Positions 60,204-64,000 of a stretch of DNA of 64,000 nt are shown piece by piece. Made by a program: the position numbers and the translations under genes. The stretch is from Cystobasidiomycetes sp. EMM_F5 (taxonomy: Eukaryota): the NCBI GenBank assembly GCA_051047955.1, contig JBPGPT010000011.1:372001-436000 (forward strand), read 5' to 3'. The notes under the pieces were generated by a model. The model was not told the DNA's origin. It saw nothing but the letters and a program-made list of their open reading frames with translations, and ran no database searches. Numbering within the stretch: position 1 is the stretch's first letter; each line of letters opens with the position of its first letter.

Positions 60204-62518
60204 CTATTGATCAGTGGACCGGTAATTGCGTTCGTTACTCGGCGTACGCTTGTTTGAGGTGGAGTTATTGCGTTGTACCCCTGCAGCCTGCGGAGGTGAA
60301 GGTCGCCCGCCGAATACTTTGTTCATTAGGGTTGGCGAGTTCCGGTAGTCTTCGTCAGATAGCCTGGGCGGTTCCGTCAAGGATCGATCTATCCCGCTAT
60401 TGCCCGAGCGCAAGGGCGCTCGCTCTTCGACATCGTCTTGAGACCCAGCATCCTTGAATATATCGTCCTGAGATATTAATGAGTAAGTATGGGCATGACT
60501 CGCGCACATATCCCACAACTACACATACCATCTCCTCCAGCGGAATACCCTTTGTTTCTGGGAAAAAGAAGTAGACTACAATAAATGACAAGCAGCAGAA
60601 AAAGCCATGCAGAGGGTATAGTCGCCATTTTATGCGTTCTTGGAGAATTGGGGTTGCTTCGCCGACAACCCAGTTGAAGGCCCAGTTCGTGGCTGTCGAC
60701 AGGGAAACCCCCTTGACGCGGACCGAAAGAGGCATGATCTCTGGAGGATACAGCCATGGAATAGGACCCCAGCTAAATCCGAAGGCACTGTTAGGTCGAG
60801 TTTCAGTATAAGCGGTGTCGCAGAGCCTCGACCGGAGTATCGTACGCGTTGTATGCCACCACGCAAATCACGACTGCAGATGGTGTGATTGTCGTGTCGA
60901 GGTACATCCAGTATCCAATGAGCATCAAAAATACAGCCATGACGAGTGCGCCCGATAACAGTATGAAGCGGCGTCCCCACTTATCAACGACGTACCATGG
61001 CGGAATTGTCGACAATATGTATACGATAGCCTGCCAGAAGGCAAATCAGCAAGTCCCGATACAACTGCCGAGACGACACCGACATTTATGCCAGTCATTA
61101 GGATAGCATCCCTTCCTATCCATCCTGCTTGCTCGAAAACGAGCGGTGCATAGTATGAAATCACATTAATGCCATTCTGCAGTATGATCGTTTAGCCTTG
61201 ACGTCCGTCCGCAAAATGGCATACTACGCACGAGCTGCGCAAATGCTTGTGCAGACATGGCGATGAATACACGATACGTATACTGACGGAACATGCTAAC
61301 GTAGCCCGTGTTGCCCTTCGCACGCTGTGAATCAAGACAATCAGTGCGTTACTGTACATGCTCAGACCGGCGGACGCACGTCGATGAGGACGGCCTCCTT
61401 TATTTCCCGGAACTCGCGCCGTGCATGCTTGTTGTTTGGATCTCCTCCGCCGTACAAGTCTGCAATGACCTTCATGCCTTCTGCATCCTGGTCAGTATCA
61501 AGCAGCCATCTAGCATGCAGTATCTTCAGCTGCATTGCCTGCATGTCATGGCCGTTGCATACCTCGGCGACTCTGGAATGACCAAAGATCCGACAGCTAG
61601 GATGGTGCCAATCACGACCTGCACGCCCAAAGGTACTCGCCAGGACGCATTCGATTCGATGAAGGATGCAAAATAATCGATCCACTGTAGTCAGATATCC
61701 GAGTAAGATCTGGTTTATAGTAGAAGATATAAACGACGCGGAGACGCTTACTACCGAAGAGGCATAACCAACGATGTTGCCGGTGAATTCGATGCAGGCT
61801 AGCTTGCCTCTCTATGGTTGCACGCATTTGTCAGCTCGATTCTCAGGCCTGAGAGTGCTTGTATAACTAACATTATCTGCCTCAGAAATCTCGCTTTGAT
61901 AGACTGGAACAATCATTCTACGTATGTGCCGACAATATCAGCTATACCGCCGTGACCTCGACGGTGTCACGTACGATAAGAAACCAACTCCGAAGCCAGA
62001 AACAATTCGACCAAAGACCATGGTCTGGAATGAAGTTGCGAACGTCTGAATGGCACCCCCTACAGAGAAGATTATAGCACCCCAAAACAAGGTACGCCGT
62101 CTGCCAAAAATGTCGCCAATGCGTCCGGCGGCCAAAGACGTCACTGAGAGTTGAAGATGTAAGGATAAGTAAATCCCAGATTAGAGGTATGCGTACTGAA
62201 GGCTCCGATTTCCAATATTGCGACCATTGTACCGACTTCATAGCGAGTGGGGTTGTTGAAGAAAGCCTTGAAATAGGGCTGTATGTGCGATGCGGAAGTC
62301 AGTCATCATTGAGAATTGTATGTAATCATTATAGGCACCCCAGTGATGATGCCGCTCATGACACCTTGACTGCAAAAGGTGAGTGGGCGCAGTCAGCCGA
62401 TGTCACATTTAAGCACCCGCGATGCTTACTCAAAACCGAAGAGGAAAACTCCGAGAGACGCGAAACATGATACGGCGTAGAGTAGAGGCTGCCCGACCAG
62501 TCCCTTTGAGCGCTTCAT
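60204..62518 (-). CDS. MFS sugar porter family transporter
   Basis: FASLGVFLFGFE, GDIFGRRRTLF, VFGRIVSGFGVG, VPVYQSEIS, PESPR, NVISYYAPLVFEQAG, VDKWGRR, YPPEIMPLSVRVKG, FFPETKG; 3' end uncertain (possible extra exon). Confidence 0.9.
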
Positions 62519-63426
62519 TGCGCGTAGGCTTAGCCGACGGCTTCTGCTTGGAGAAGAGTGACAAGCGGATATCAGGACACCTTGCAATGAGCTGTGCAAT
62601 GTGGTTGTATTGATGAGTGTAGACCAGCTACAGTGTCGCAAATAGAGAACCCCGCTTGACGTTTCGAGAGCAACTTTTGGCGTTGTTAACAGTAGTTGTG
62701 GAATACTTCTGTCCAGGATATGTTCGCAGACTGGCAATCACAGTCTCGACACTGCCCATACACCCAAGATGTGATTGTCCAAGCGAAGGTGCATCAAAGG
62801 ACTCGCGGCTGCCGTCCTGTCGAGTTTGACCCAAATTGACCCAAGTCCAGCGAGACAAGGCTCGAGCTGGCGGTATCGCTGTTGGCGTGATGGGCTGTAG
62901 CCGCCTTGATTCAGAAATTGCAGAAGTTGCCAGGCGTCAGCCCAAGTAGTCAGACTGTCGGTCCTTTGGTCAGCGTACAGTCTACTTCGGAAGGCTCCAT
63001 GACAGCATGATCCACCATCTTTCGGGGATTTGCTATCAAATCTCATTTGTTTACACGCTGGATCACAATAGGCTGGATTAACTTCATGTGTGCGAGAAAA
63101 GCGTGGCTTCAACTGCCAGCCCAAACTCTACATCAACAACAAAGGTTGTAGAATGTCGCGTGTTTCATGATTCCATTGAAAGGGTAGGCGCAGCGACAGT
63201 GTGACCGATCAAATTCTGTCCTGTGCGACTCCTGGAATAAGCACCGCCGTCTTGAGCCTTCCGGTTTGTCCTTTCTCGCAACTGGCGATGTGTAGACTTA
63301 ATTGCTGCCGACACAGCTTGGCCGAATGTAGAGTTACCAAGCTTGTGGATATGTATTGCTAACCGCAAGGTCCTTCCGATATGTACATGGATGGATGGGA
63401 TAATCGAGAGGACGGTTTGGCGGAGG

Positions 63427-64000
63427 CTATCGTCCACGGGACCGGTACGGGCTGCGACTCCGACTGCGATGCCTGCGAGGATCATCCTCTGGCGTACGTG
63501 ACCTTCTTCTGTCATTGTAGCGATCTTCATCATAGGTTCGACGGGTAGGAGGCGGAGGAGAGCGAGATCGAGTCCTCGAAGGCCGTCTTTGCTCTTCAGT
63601 CGCCCGTCTTTCGTCATCCGGTCTAGCTCTGGACCGCTTGTACTCCTTTTCCTCTTTCCTGCGCCGTTTCTCTGCCCTTCTCGCTTGTCTCTCCTCTTTT
63701 GTCTCCCCGTCGCGCTTGCTTTTCGATCTGCTCTTCTTGTATGTGCCGTTGGCGATGGCCAGTTGACGTTCCTCCTTGCGCTGAGAAATGAGATATGCTG
63801 CCATAGGGTCGTCGGGATCGATACCGTCGTATAAATCGGCTTCATCCATGGAAGCGTCAGAATCGCTGGCAACATCATCTGAAGCAAACGCAGACGCGAG
63901 TAGAGAGTGATGGAGGGACTTTAGCAGCAGACTAGCAGCGAACACGCGAAGCAATCAACTCACTCATGAACAGCTCTGGCCTTGCATTCATTCGCTCAGC
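63427..64000 (-). CDS. C-terminal part of probable RBMX2/Ist3 (Snu17)-like splicing factor; 5' end lies outside the window
   Basis: MNARPELF exon, IDPDDPMAAYLI, GETKEERQARRAEKRRRK and RS-rich tail resemble basidiomycete RBMX2 C-termini; the RRM is not in the window. Confidence 0.55.

Overview
Compact, intron-rich fungal genomic DNA with short GT-AG introns (about 55-70 nt) and CTGAC/CTAAC branch sites, inferred to be a basidiomycete yeast. About 27 protein-coding genes are supportable. Conserved genes: ferric reductase (partial), RPL31, mitochondrial EF-Tu, Sm D2, TAP42, WDR70, a homeobox TF, a Sec7-PH ArfGEF, a PPR protein, PRP17, a glycosyltransferase-like gene, Spc105/KNL1, ITC1, AVT1, an RlpA/expansin-like protein, BEM46, an MFS sugar porter and a partial RBMX2/IST3. 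Two accessory-looking segments flank Spc105 (about 28.3-34.4 kb and 40.2-46.2 kb). The main discovery candidate lies there: two paralogous secreted, Kex2-type repeat precursors encoding seven acidic-leader/'xxxxRxW' peptides. They share an intron position and an upstream DNA element. Their neighbours are three tandem paralogs of an unrecognised family, a tandem pair of tetraspan membrane proteins (one intronless) and a Cys-rich secreted protein with a cleavable cationic tail. Also notable are palindromic Myb/MSA-like AACGG sites upstream of Spc105 and a GC-AG intron. No tRNA, rRNA, CRISPR array or transposon was recognised. Exon boundaries were read by eye and some starts and ends are uncertain.
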